A stretch of 64,000 nt of DNA from a virus (taxonomy: Duplodnaviria > Caudoviricetes): positions 9,033 through 73,032 of the IMG/VR virus record IMGVR_UViG_3300037313_001002; one strand, 5' to 3'. The stretch's first letter is position 1. Every line of letters begins with the position of its first letter. The notes under the pieces were generated by a model. The model was not told where the DNA came from. It was given only the letters and a program-made list of their open reading frames with translations, and did not search any database. Made by a program: the position numbers and the translations under genes. Positions 27,926 through 38,305 of this stretch are shown one piece after another.

Positions 27926-29103
27926 TCATGGTATTTTATAAAACTTAACTTCGTTTTCAAGAAATTCAACCAAATAAGTTTTACCCTCCGGCCTGACTAA
28001 AATATAAGCACCGTCAACATTTTCAACCATACCTAACCGTGGTTTTGTCATAGACTTTAAATCCTTAGATAAATTGCCGGTCATTTCTACAATATCACCT
28101 TTTTCCGGTCTCATACTTTACTAACTAAATTAAGTGTAAAATCAGGTTTCTTAAAATACAGGGACACTATCCATAGAATATGCGTCCGGTCGCAATCATA
28201 AGCTTTGGCAAGGTCGTTAACTGTTAATTTCCCTGCGATATAGTCCTCGATGACCAAAGCGTAGAACTGTAAGTCCTCGGTTCTCTGGCTGCGCCTGATG
28301 TACCATACAAGGCGTTCCTGTGGTTGTGATAGGTCGGTGGTGAGCATGGCTAAACTAATTGTTCCATCGGTGGAGTTTTTTCAAATGATATAGTAAAGTT
28401 TAAATCAGCTCCTACCATACCTTGAAATTGTGTATAATGTGATTGCTTAACGGTGTTTTCTTTAATATATTCGCCAATATAAGCATCAAGCATGGTTTTT
28501 AGGGCAGTATAGTTGTCCTGACTAAAACCTAATTCAATTTCGATCTCGATTTTCATTGTTTTTATGGTTTAAAATGACTATCTTTATTTAGATGTTCTTT
28601 GAAATGTATTCGTTTGGCGCGGCGTTTAACCTTTAAGTTACGTAATTTAAATTCAAACATTGAGTTATAAACTTTCACTCTACCAATAGAGATAAGGTAG
28701 TTTATTCGTTCAGAAAACATTTGCAGTAATCTTTTATTTTTTCGTCTTTTAAACTGTTTCCCAATAAAATTGCATATTGATATAACTTCCATTAAACTTT
28801 CTAATTTGCAGAGTATCACACTTAGCGCAATACCTTATACCAACACCCTCACTTTCCCATGAATGCTTGCACGAATTAGTTTTATTTTTTTTCATTATTA
28901 ATAGGTATTATGATAAATTCTTTTTTTCCTACTTCTATAAAATACTCAAAATCAACTTCGCCGTCACTTGATTGAGAAACACACAAATGGTCGTATAGTA
29001 GCGTCCACGCCTCGTCTATTTGTTGAGGTGTTTGCTTAATTGGGACAATACCTTTCTTAGACCAATCGCTCCATTCTGTAAATTCATTATCTGCACTTTC
29101 CAT
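27926..29103 (-). CDS. Run of small hypothetical genes (27926-28114, 28111-28347 HTH-like, 28350-28556, 28562-28819, 28882-29103)
   Basis: Closely packed co-oriented ATG ORFs. Confidence 0.5.
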
Positions 29104-29147
29104 CGTAAAGTTTTTAAAAGGGTGTGTTATTTATTTTGTTGGGGGTG

Positions 29148-29900
29148 TTAATACTTAATCACCCGAATTTTTAATTTATGCCTTTCAGCAATATCAATCA
29201 TTGATTTAGTGCCGGGGCTTTTCCCATCCCAAAAAGCAACAAGCGCATCGGCGTTTTTAGCCATCTTTTCGTTCCTGTCAATACCCGCTTTAGCGTTATA
29301 CGGTTTACCAAAGCTGTTATTTTTGATTATAGCCCCCGGTGCTAAAAGATTATCCCATTCGGCATCATACTGCTTCATCTTATACCCGCGTTCCTTAGCG
29401 AACGTTATAGCCAGCTTATCAGCACCTTCTGCGCCACCCTGAATGATAGTAATCGGCGTAGTGATATTTTTCAGTATTTCAATCATTTTATACTTCATTA
29501 GCTTATAGTGCTGAAAATCCCTGCCACCCGCAATAATTACTCTCATTTCTTTAAGATTAAGATACTGAAAAAAATCTATTTTACCTTTTTCAAACGGTTT
29601 TTTCTGACGTTCCAATAAAACTTTTATCTCTTTCTCAACTTCTTCCGGCTTGACCTTAAACCAATCGCCATTGAATTTAAACGGCTTAAACTTTTGGTGC
29701 AGGAACTTTTCAACGTCTAATTTATAATACGTGTAATACTTTTTGTACTCAACCGGGTTAGGCAGGTAACCAATCTGCGTCTTAATCCTGCTATCATCCT
29801 CCCTGCCCGTAATACCTATCCGGCATATACCCTGAACCGTGTCATAAAGGCAATAAACATACCCATCGGTTCTATCCCTCGTGGCAGAACGTTTTTTCAC
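29148..29900 (-). CDS. T5orf172/GIY-YIG domain fused to SLOG (DUF2493/YspA-like) domain
   Basis: N-terminus 'GYVYCL...RIGIT...EKFLHQKF...NGDWF'; C-terminus 'RVIIAGGRDF...IIQGGAEGAD...AGIDRNEKM...ALVAFWDGKSPGTKSMI'. Confidence 0.8.
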   Translation of the reverse strand: MKKRSATRDRTDGYVYCLYDTVQGICRIGITGREDDSRIKTQIGYLPNPVEYKKYYTYYKLDVEKFLHQKFKPFKFNGDWFKVKPEEVEKEIKVLLERQKKPFEKGKIDFFQYLNLKEMRVIIAGGRDFQHYKLMKYKMIEILKNITTPITIIQGGAEGADKLAITFAKERGYKMKQYDAEWDNLLAPGAIIKNNSFGKPYNAKAGIDRNEKMAKNADALVAFWDGKSPGTKSMIDIAERHKLKIRVIKY

Positions 29901-29936
29901 TTCCTGTTTACTTCGATTAAAATGTTTATTTAGTTT

Positions 29937-30455
29937 TTATACATTGGCTGTTTTAGCATCTATATTAACTTGCGCTTCTTTAAATAAAGCTATTTTGTGG
30001 TAATCGTCGAATATCTTTACCTGCGTATCATAATGCTCCTGTGCACCCTTATAAAACAGGCGCGGGTTAACCATATATTCCGGGCCGCCTATATGAACTA
30101 TAGTTTTTTTATTAGCAAATTCTCTGACAATACTCCGTATCGTATTAACGCTCAAATTCAGTTCTTTCGCCATCAACGCTTTAGTATGTGTACTAAAATA
30201 GAACATACCACTACGGTCATTATAGTCCTTTAAAATAAAAGCCAGTACCTTGCCCGGATTACCCAATCCTGATACAAACTCATAAACTTTTTCATCGTTC
30301 AAATACATAGTTGCAAATATTGTCTTAACCTTATCTGTTTTAAATTTAGCAGCACTGCTGATAACCTCCCCGGTCTGCTGGTCAACAATCTCCAATAAGC
30401 CAACAAACTTCTTTCTTTTCGCTGACCTTAATGGTAAATTGTTGTTTTTAGCCAC
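29937..30455 (-). CDS. RepL-like replication/maintenance wHTH protein
   Basis: 'IVDQQTGEVI', 'FATMYL', 'LNLSVNTIRSIVREF...YMVNPRLFYKG'. Confidence 0.6.
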   Translation of the reverse strand: MAKNNNLPLRSAKRKKFVGLLEIVDQQTGEVISSAAKFKTDKVKTIFATMYLNDEKVYEFVSGLGNPGKVLAFILKDYNDRSGMFYFSTHTKALMAKELNLSVNTIRSIVREFANKKTIVHIGGPEYMVNPRLFYKGAQEHYDTQVKIFDDYHKIALFKEAQVNIDAKTANV

Positions 30456-31209
30456 ATCTTTATATCCAATTTATTGTATTACAAGTGTACAAAATATTTA
30501 TTTACTATCCAAATATTTTTCCAAAAATGTTCATATAAGCACATTTACTATCCTAAATCCGCACATTAAATGTCGTTAAACGCACATTAACATCTTCACA
30601 AGTAACTAATAATCAGTTATATCCACTAACTCTCCTTATTTTAATATATATCCTTTAAGTAATTAAACAATAAATGTGTGCCCATTATAAAGTTTTTTAT
30701 CCATCAAATTACTCCCCCATAACCCCCTGTTTAGTGCTTCATTGGTTAATGGTTTACAGGTAGTTGTTCAAACAGTAATATTGGTAAACATTGGGAGTGT
30801 TATAAATGGTTAAACCAGTGTGAGGTGTGAGTGATTATTTTTTCAAATTATTTAAATTGGTAAGTGTTGGGAGTGAATACCCATAAACACCCCCGTACCT
30901 TCCTGTTTTTAAAACCAAAAAACGGGTGACCGGGTACCTCACTTTCCAAAGGAACTACTAAGCTATGCGCGTGAGCGCACTAATATTATGGTCTTATAAA
31001 CTAATTTCGCTATAGCTAATGATAATTGAACCGATCTTAGTTGACTTTAATAACAGATTGTAAAATCATTTATTAAAAGTGCTATTTTTGAATGAGTTCT
31101 TTAAAAAGCGATAGGGTAGGGGAGGGGCTTTATAGTTAAAGATATTTCCTGCTTAACATAATGTTGATTATGTTGACTTTTTTTAGCATTTGATTTAAAG
31201 GCTTTAAAT
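30456..31209. promoter_or_regulatory. Large AT-rich intergenic region at the minus-to-plus strand switch
   Basis: No convincing ORF; short direct repeats ATTTACTATCC x2, CGCACATTAA x2 and TTGGTAA...TTGGGAGTG x2. Confidence 0.5.
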
Positions 31210-31584
31210 GTGTTATTTTGTTTTATGGATGGTAATATTAGCCAGTTTAAAAACGTTGATTTAAAAGGCTTAAAAGCGGGTAAAATAGGGCTAAACACCC
31301 TACAAACACCTTTAGCCTACGAAACCCACACGAAGCACTTAGATTATTTCAGGAAACATTATAACATCACCTTTAATTCCTTTGACACTTTACAAAGGAT
31401 ATATTTAGCTAATAAGCCTGTTAGTTTAGATTATATTTACAAGCACCAGACAAGTACCTATTATTCAGTAATTGAACGGGTAAACACGTTAATAAACAGG
31501 GGATTGATAGAAAAGCTGAATAAACGTTACACAGTCAGCCAATTATTTCTTGATGAAATAGAGAAATTACAACGGGAGCTTTAA
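31210..31584 (+). CDS. Winged-HTH-like protein
   Basis: 'TYYSVIERVNTLINRGLIEK..RYTVS'; start uncertain. Confidence 0.45.
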   Translation: MLFCFMDGNISQFKNVDLKGLKAGKIGLNTLQTPLAYETHTKHLDYFRKHYNITFNSFDTLQRIYLANKPVSLDYIYKHQTSTYYSVIERVNTLINRGLIEKLNKRYTVSQLFLDEIEKLQREL

Positions 31585-31923
31585 TACAGACCTTGTAAGC
31601 TATTTACTGTTTATTATAGTAGTTGGTATAGGGTATATAAAAGATAATAGATTGTAGGTCTTTTATTTGGGTTGATCTTTCAAGCAGCGTGTTACCTGGT
31701 AACGAGTTTGGGGAAATTGTGTTATATAGATTGTAGAAAATATACCACATATAGGGAATATAATCCACACTGATTAATTACACACTTTTATAAAAACGCC
31801 TTTATTTATATATACAAGCTATATTTCATATTTGGCATAGAGTTTGTATATGATATATTGTTGCCGCGATGGCACGTAACCATCTGAATACTAACATATT
31901 TAGTAATTTAAAACTTAGCAAAA

Positions 31924-32349
31924 ATGAAAAATTTAATCTCAAACAACACAGCGAACAATGCAATAGAAGCTAAAATTATAGTCGATGGCTTCTTGTCCTC
32001 TTTAACAGATAAACAATGTGCTGATTTAGCTTTTAGGTCTATCGAAAACGATGCAATGCACACAATGCCATTTAGAATATCATACGCAATAGGTTCAAGT
32101 TCTTTTTATTATGGTTCTGAATGCAAACGCTTTTGTACCGATGTAATATCAAACACCCTTTTTAACAGGGGCTTTAAATACATCAGGGAAACCAAAACCT
32201 ATAAGATTTTAAACCAAAGCAACGGCCAATTTACTTTAGCTAAAACAATAGCCGAAATATCCAGAATGTTGGATGCTCCGGTTGGCTTGGTTAAGTTGCA
32301 TATCGATAAACCAGTTCAGTTAAACGGATACCAGATAACGACACTCTAA
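31924..32349 (+). CDS. Early hypothetical protein
   Basis: 141 aa ATG ORF with an AT-rich leader. Confidence 0.6.
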   Translation: MKNLISNNTANNAIEAKIIVDGFLSSLTDKQCADLAFRSIENDAMHTMPFRISYAIGSSSFYYGSECKRFCTDVISNTLFNRGFKYIRETKTYKILNQSNGQFTLAKTIAEISRMLDAPVGLVKLHIDKPVQLNGYQITTL

Positions 32350-32426
32350 GTTCTGCTAAGTCTTAGCGGTCTGCCAGCCGGGGTTGAAACAGCCTCCGGC
32401 TTAAGGCAGTAAAAGACAATAACATT

Positions 32427-32579
32427 ATGACAAAGACAAAAGGCATACGCAATATTGAACTATCGGACGAGGTAGTATTAGCACTGTTAAAACAGGGACT
32501 TGACAAAGGTTTTAAAAACTTCAAGCCATATGCTGAATACATCTTAACCGAGCAAAGCAAAAGAAACTTAATCAAGTAA
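32427..32579 (+). CDS. Small RHH-like protein (50 aa)
   Basis: Hand-translated MTKTKGIRNIELSDEVVLALLKQGLDKGFKNFKPYAEYILTEQSKRNLIK. Confidence 0.6.
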   Translation: MTKTKGIRNIELSDEVVLALLKQGLDKGFKNFKPYAEYILTEQSKRNLIK

Positions 32580-32615
32580 TATATCGTTTAAACAATTAAA
32601 AACAGTCATCAAATA

Positions 32616-33044
32616 ATGAAAACTCAAATTAAAACTACAAAGAACTTCGATAAATTGATTGAGGCTCTGAAATCAGGTAAGCTGGAAAGCAATAACCAAT
32701 TAACCTATATGATGTCATGCCTGAACAATAAGCCGGAACTAAAAGAACTTATAGACGAAGTATTGGATTGCCGGGAAATTGAACTGGATGCCGAACAAAT
32801 TGCTAAGGGCTATCAGTGGTTAGTTAACCAGTGGAAAACTCCACGCGGTGTTGAGCGCAAAAACAATCCATTTGGCTATCGCGAACAGGATGCGCTTGAA
32901 AACTTCCAAACTATCTACTTTAAGGGCTATTATGATGCCGGAAACTGGAACTTTCATTACTACCTGCCTTTGTACTATGTGCAGGGCAAAGAAAGAGGCT
33001 TTGAGTATTATGTTTCAGGCGGACAAATACACATCGTCGGATAA
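32616..33044 (+). CDS. Early hypothetical protein
   Basis: 142 aa ATG ORF. Confidence 0.65.
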   Translation: MKTQIKTTKNFDKLIEALKSGKLESNNQLTYMMSCLNNKPELKELIDEVLDCREIELDAEQIAKGYQWLVNQWKTPRGVERKNNPFGYREQDALENFQTIYFKGYYDAGNWNFHYYLPLYYVQGKERGFEYYVSGGQIHIVG

Positions 33045-33491
33045 TCTTCACAGGCTTTTACGGTGACTTGTTTTTGCCGTGAAGTCTTAGGCTGCTGACT
33101 GTATTAATTTACGGAGCAGCCTTTCGAGGTGCAAGACAATGACGTTTTGCTTTAAAAACATAGTCACCATGAACACACTTGAAAATCCGGTATCAGCTAT
33201 CATAGCTATTTACCTCTTGGCCTTAGCCGTCCTTGTATATGGAACGGACTGGAAACATGAATTAACTGATCTGTTTAATATCTTTAAAAAATCTGTGAGA
33301 TGAAACAAAACGATATAGATAACATAGCTTATTTAATTGCTGGCTTATTTTACGGGTTCTTAATTTGCCTAATGGTTATAGCCATATGTTTAAAGCCATA
33401 GAATCAACTAACACCCTTAACTGATAACCAACATTAACCAAAACAATTAACGCGCTCTACGGGCTTAAAAATAGCCTTAAATCGAAAACCA

Positions 33492-34637
33492 ATGAGAAAG
33501 CTATTATTATCTATCATAATCCTGTCCGCTATTTGCGCGGGTTGGTTCGCCTCTGACTATTACCGCTCTTTGGGCAAGGTCACTATTACCGGGGTTTATC
33601 CCGATGGTACAGGCTTTACATCTGTCACCTTTATTCAGGATGGCCGGGAATATGGTTATGACTACTTAACCGAAAAAGAGTATTTACAGTTTATTAATCA
33701 AAATCATTAACAGTCATGGAAACATTAAAAGATTATCTATTAACGCAAGATATGGGCGAAAAATGCGCCAATAAAATATGCGATGCTGTTTTAAACGATA
33801 CGTTTGACGCGAACAGCGACCCGATAAGCGCAATAATTATAAATGCGTTTAAAAACAACCTTTACACCAAATACCCTTTGTTTGAAAGTGATTTTGACGC
33901 TTTTGAAATGGATTTAGATTATGCAATCAACCAACTGAAAAAAGTAAAGCAGTTTGTGAATGAAGTCGCCAATAAATACCAGTAAATTAATTATGTCAAA
34001 GAACCCTTAAAACTACTAAAAAACCTTGATAATAACAAACATTTTAAGTAAATTGTAAGATGAAAAACTTAACCAGATTAACTCAAAACAAGGCACTTAA
34101 CGAAACACTTTTCGCTATTGCCGATAATGCCGCCCTGCGTTCTGCGGGTGTACCCCGTGAACAGGCTGAACGGATAACCCTTTCCGGGAACTTCCATGAA
34201 TTAAAACGGTCACGATCTCTCTGCTGTTTCGCCCCTATTGAGGATGGCTATTGTTCATACTGCGGGATAGAAACCGATAACCTTTTGTAACTATGATTAA
34301 GCACGATATAGTTATCATATTGTCAACTATTGCAATTATGTTGCTTATTCATTTTCTTGCAAAAGCAACTGCTAAATGGACTATTATTATCTTATCAATT
34401 TACATTGTACTTGTTTTTCAATTTTTATTGATGCTTATTTTAATTTAAATCATGAAAAAACCGGACTATATGACACTACTAGCTAAAAAGCTAAGGTCAA
34501 AGCAGCGTAAACGTAAACCCATTTTAGGCTGGCAGGCCATAGACCCTGAAACAAGGCGGGTACTGGAAGAAAACAACAGTATTTGGATTTTACGGGCTAA
34601 GTACGGCTCCAATGCCCTTTATAGTTCTATAAGATAA
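33492..34637 (+). CDS. Run of small early genes (33492-33710, 33716-33985, 34060-34290, 34452-34637, plus unlisted hydrophobic peptides)
   Basis: Co-oriented ATG ORFs with AT-rich leaders. Confidence 0.5.
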
Positions 34638-34680
34638 GAATTAACAATTAACACTATAAACGATTAAAACTTAAAAAAAA

Positions 34681-35322
34681 ATGGCAATTAAAGCAACCGA
34701 AATTCAGCAACGAGAATTAATTCCGCCGGGCAACTATGTAGCGATCTGTTACAAGATGCTCCAAATCGGCACAATTGATAACACTTATATGGGTGTTACC
34801 TCAAAAAAACCCGTTATACGTATCGGGTGGGAACTGTGCGATGAACTGAAGGTATTCAAAGAGGGCGATATTCCAAAACCTTGGGTGATTGAAAAGGAAT
34901 ATAATTTATTCATGACCGACAAATCAAACCTGCGTAAAGACCTGCAATCTTGGCGCGGTGCCGCTTGGACGGACAAAGAGGCGACCGACTTTGATATAAC
35001 CAAACTTGTTGGTGCGCCCTGCCTTTTAAACATTATCCACAAAACAAATGAGGCCGGGACGAAAACGTATGAGAATATAGCGGGTATTACACCGCTCCCA
35101 AAGAGCACACCAAAGCCCAAACAGTTTAACACCTCTCAAATCCTTTCTTATGACGATTGGGACGAAAAAGTATTTCAAATGCAGCCTGATTTCATCAGGC
35201 AAAAGATTGAAAGCAGTTTGGAATATCAGACAATGAAAAACCCGCATGATGTTGTCCAATATGTGGATGCTCATGGGATGGCTCCAAACTTACAGGACGA
35301 CGATGATGGGCTACCTTTCTGA
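34681..35322 (+). CDS. Putative single-stranded DNA-binding protein (NGO0469-like)
   Basis: 'ELIPPGNYVAIC', 'KSNLRKDLQSWRG', 'LVGAPCLLNI'; acidic DDDDGLPF C-terminal tail. Confidence 0.7.
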   Translation: MAIKATEIQQRELIPPGNYVAICYKMLQIGTIDNTYMGVTSKKPVIRIGWELCDELKVFKEGDIPKPWVIEKEYNLFMTDKSNLRKDLQSWRGAAWTDKEATDFDITKLVGAPCLLNIIHKTNEAGTKTYENIAGITPLPKSTPKPKQFNTSQILSYDDWDEKVFQMQPDFIRQKIESSLEYQTMKNPHDVVQYVDAHGMAPNLQDDDDGLPF

Positions 35323-35420
35323 TAACTTATTGATTATCATATAGTTATGTCAAAGAACAACAGTCCCGGTAATTCAGCCGGGACACTTTAAATATACGAA
35401 AAAACCTTTTAAAAAGCAAT

Positions 35421-36110
35421 ATGATGGTAGAATCATTTTTTAATAAAGAACTTTCAGACGTAGCGTTTGAAGTTGAAGCATTGGACGAATGGAAGTCACT
35501 GGCAACAGAATTGGGATTTGAGGCACAATTAAGCCTCGCTAAGGGCAAGGAAAGTCCTATCCCGTATCCTTTTATCAACGAGGTTATGAATCGCGTGTAC
35601 AGCACGCTATGCCCCCGTATGGTTGATTTCAAAAAATACAACAAATCAACTATCCCTTTGGAGATAATGAAACAGATTGCCTATTCAGTCCGCGAAAAGC
35701 ATTTCCAAAAGATTGAGATTTGGTACGATGATAAAACACCCGACCCTATTGTAGTTGGCGAACACGGTGTGTACGCTATCCGCGAAAAGGGGACATGGAG
35801 CGATGGCAAAGCTGACTTTGAAACCAAAGAATTAGCCGAGGAAGCAATGGCACGAATGGAAAATTCGGATAAGTTAGAAGTCCATTACCGTAAAATAGCT
35901 GATTACCTTATTGGCCGTTGGGGTGACGAGCTGCTTGACTTTCCCTCTTTGAAAAAACGCGCCATTGAGGTTTTTGTTGAGAACGAGGCCGGGGAACTCA
36001 AAAAAGAAATAGCTACCAAAACTGAAAAGCTGAAACTCATTAATGAGAACGCGGCCAGTTACATGAACGGCAACATGCAAAAATACGAAGTTTTAGGACG
36101 TAGTTGGTAA
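35421..36110 (+). CDS. Conserved phage hypothetical protein
   Basis: 229 aa ATG ORF. Confidence 0.65.
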   Translation: MMVESFFNKELSDVAFEVEALDEWKSLATELGFEAQLSLAKGKESPIPYPFINEVMNRVYSTLCPRMVDFKKYNKSTIPLEIMKQIAYSVREKHFQKIEIWYDDKTPDPIVVGEHGVYAIREKGTWSDGKADFETKELAEEAMARMENSDKLEVHYRKIADYLIGRWGDELLDFPSLKKRAIEVFVENEAGELKKEIATKTEKLKLINENAASYMNGNMQKYEVLGRSW

Positions 36111-36130
36111 CAATTTAAAAAACAAAACCA

Positions 36131-36682
36131 ATGCAATCAAGTAAGGAAATGTTCTTAGATGAACAACAAAAGCAAGCGGCTGCACCCAATGAGTTGAGCG
36201 TGACCCCGTCCGTCAAACTGGCAAACGTACTGCCAACCATCCGGGATATAGACGCGACGACCATAGACACGTTAGCACGTGCCTTAGTGAACGAAGTAGC
36301 TGAAGGTAACCGTTCAGGCGTTGATCTGTTTACACAAGCCGTAAAGCTATCCCTGTTCGCTGATACGGTAAGGGAAAACGTTAAAGGTTATGTTTATGGC
36401 AAAACCCTTTGTGAGAAAGGTGCTACATTTACTTTTAACGGCGTGGAACTGTCCCCGGCTGAACTGGGGGTGTCTTATGATTATTCGTCCTGTGGTTCAA
36501 GTAAATGGAAAGAGCTGAAAGCTATAGCCGATGCCGCCAAAAAGGATTTGGAAGACTACCAAAAGTACTTGAAAAGCATCAAAGGCAAGGTTATAACCGT
36601 TAACGAAGAAACGGGCGAAGTGGAAACTATTTTTGAACCTGTTAAGTCAGGGCAAAGCGGGTACAAGACCCGTACTTTATAA
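36131..36682 (+). CDS. Phage hypothetical protein
   Basis: 183 aa; ends 'VNEETGEV...PVKS'. Confidence 0.65.
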   Translation: MQSSKEMFLDEQQKQAAAPNELSVTPSVKLANVLPTIRDIDATTIDTLARALVNEVAEGNRSGVDLFTQAVKLSLFADTVRENVKGYVYGKTLCEKGATFTFNGVELSPAELGVSYDYSSCGSSKWKELKAIADAAKKDLEDYQKYLKSIKGKVITVNEETGEVETIFEPVKSGQSGYKTRTL

Positions 36683-36763
36683 AGAAAAAAGGTGCGATTT
36701 TAAACTTTTAAAAATGAGGTTTATAGGTTTTAATGTCCGGTTTGTGCGCCACCGGACAAATTT

Positions 36764-36953
36764 GATAGGATGGCGGAATTTTTGGTAGACGCTAAATTTG
36801 TAAGAATATCTGATTGAAGTATTAGAGAAAATCAAAAAGCATTACATAAGGTAACTAAGGTTTTTTCAGTGGAGAACAATTTTGAACCATGTTACGCTTC
36901 GAGATACGATCACAAGGATGATATTCATGCAGGTTCGAATCCTGCTCCTATCA
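36764..36953 (+). ncRNA. tRNA-shaped RNA with a long insertion in place of the anticodon/variable arm
   Basis: Acceptor stem GATAGGA(36764)/TCCTATC(36946-52) plus A; D-arm GCGGAATTTTTGGTAGACGC; T-arm GCAGG-TTCGAAT-CCTGC; internal GAATATC/GATATTC helix; no well-paired anticodon stem. Confidence 0.65.
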
Positions 36954-36970
36954 CTTAATTTGAGTTAATT

Positions 36971-37510
36971 ATGACCGTAGAGGAATTTAAAAAAGATTAT
37001 CCTGAATTGTCTCATTTAAAAGGTGAGGAACTTTTGGATGCTATGACAATGAAAATGCTTAGACAACAATCAGGTGAGGAAATAATTAAAAACACATATC
37101 CATTTTTAAAACGCTATCAACTTAGATGGCTTTTTTATAGGAGACCATACAATAGTCCGTTTATAGCTGAATGGCAATCAGACGAGGTGTGTAAAATATG
37201 CGGTCGGGGAGCAAACACCATGATGGCATTTGCTGGTAAAATGTTTTGTTTAGGATGCCATAATGAATTAAATAAAGTTCCAAATAAGCGTTTTAAATAT
37301 CGTGCATGGGTATGGTGGAAACAGATAGATAAAAAGATTGAACTTATATTGGATTATCTACATATTCTACGGAAACGAAATGAATCCAGATACGGAGTTT
37401 TTGGTGATGAATCACACTATTGCTACCAAACATTTAATCGCGATTTTAGCAATATGAAAAACGTTCATAAGCCTCGTAAATGGTTTGAATATATTTTTAT
37501 TAAAAAATAA
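36971..37510 (+). CDS. Hypothetical protein with CxxC pairs
   Basis: CKIC...CLGC. Confidence 0.6.
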   Translation: MTVEEFKKDYPELSHLKGEELLDAMTMKMLRQQSGEEIIKNTYPFLKRYQLRWLFYRRPYNSPFIAEWQSDEVCKICGRGANTMMAFAGKMFCLGCHNELNKVPNKRFKYRAWVWWKQIDKKIELILDYLHILRKRNESRYGVFGDESHYCYQTFNRDFSNMKNVHKPRKWFEYIFIKK

Positions 37511-38069
37511 AATTACAATGCCAAAAACTAATCCAACACTAAGCCAGTTTGCTAAATTGGGCTACGTAGAAACTGAAAAAGGTTTGGTTAAAGCTGAATC
37601 ATTGGTTGAAAAAAAACCGGAGAAGCGCGACAACTTAATTAAAGAGTTGGGAAAATTAGTGCCTGAAAGTTTTGTTAAACTTGCTGAAAAACTTGAAAAC
37701 AAAAAAGTCAAGAATGCCACTAAAACCGTTGTTGACGGTGTAAAGTTTGACAGTCAGCTTGAGGCTTACATGTACAGCCTTTTAAAAGGGGCTAAGATTG
37801 AGTTTGAGTTTCAAAAGGTATATGTACTCCAAGAAAAATTTCGTTACGGTAAAGAGGCTGTAAGAGCCGTTACCTTGACCGTTGACTTTTGGTTGCCATT
37901 TCAAAATATGATAATAGACACTAAGGGTTTTGCAAATGATGTTTCACCTTTAAAAATGAAATGGCTTAAACGTTGGCTTTTGGATTACTATGAGTATGTT
38001 AATATCGAACTTCCAAAGAACAAAAAGGAATGTGATGTTTTATTAAACCGCATCCTGTACGATATGTAA
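37485..38069 (+). CDS. DUF1064-like PD-(D/E)XK endonuclease
   Basis: 'DGVKFDSQLEA', 'FQKVYVLQEKF', 'VDF', 'IIDTKG'. Confidence 0.8.
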   Translation: MNIFLLKNKITMPKTNPTLSQFAKLGYVETEKGLVKAESLVEKKPEKRDNLIKELGKLVPESFVKLAEKLENKKVKNATKTVVDGVKFDSQLEAYMYSLLKGAKIEFEFQKVYVLQEKFRYGKEAVRAVTLTVDFWLPFQNMIIDTKGFANDVSPLKMKWLKRWLLDYYEYVNIELPKNKKECDVLLNRILYDM

Positions 38070-38305
38070 TATAACCAAAAATGTTGGATTTACCAAACCA
38101 TATTGAACAAAAAAGCGAAAAATGGTTTTTTAACACAAAAACAGGTAAATTCATTCATGCAGACCATATCAATGAGTTTTTAGAAAGGTATTGGAAAAAC
38201 AGGCGACCCGCTAAAAAAGCAGCGATAAGCTATAAGAAAAATGTTAAACTGGCTAAACGCCGTTGGGAAAATGAAATTTAATTTGACAATATCATTTACT
38301 TGGTT

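Noticed and set aside
32365-32420. c-di-GMP-I riboswitch (GCCTCCGGC-TAA resemblance)
   Set aside because: The conserved blocks are in the wrong order and the GCAAA P1 junction is missing.
36764-36953. tmRNA or a standard functional tRNA
   Set aside because: No G3-U70 alanine identity or tag ORF, a D-stem is present, and no paired anticodon stem exists.
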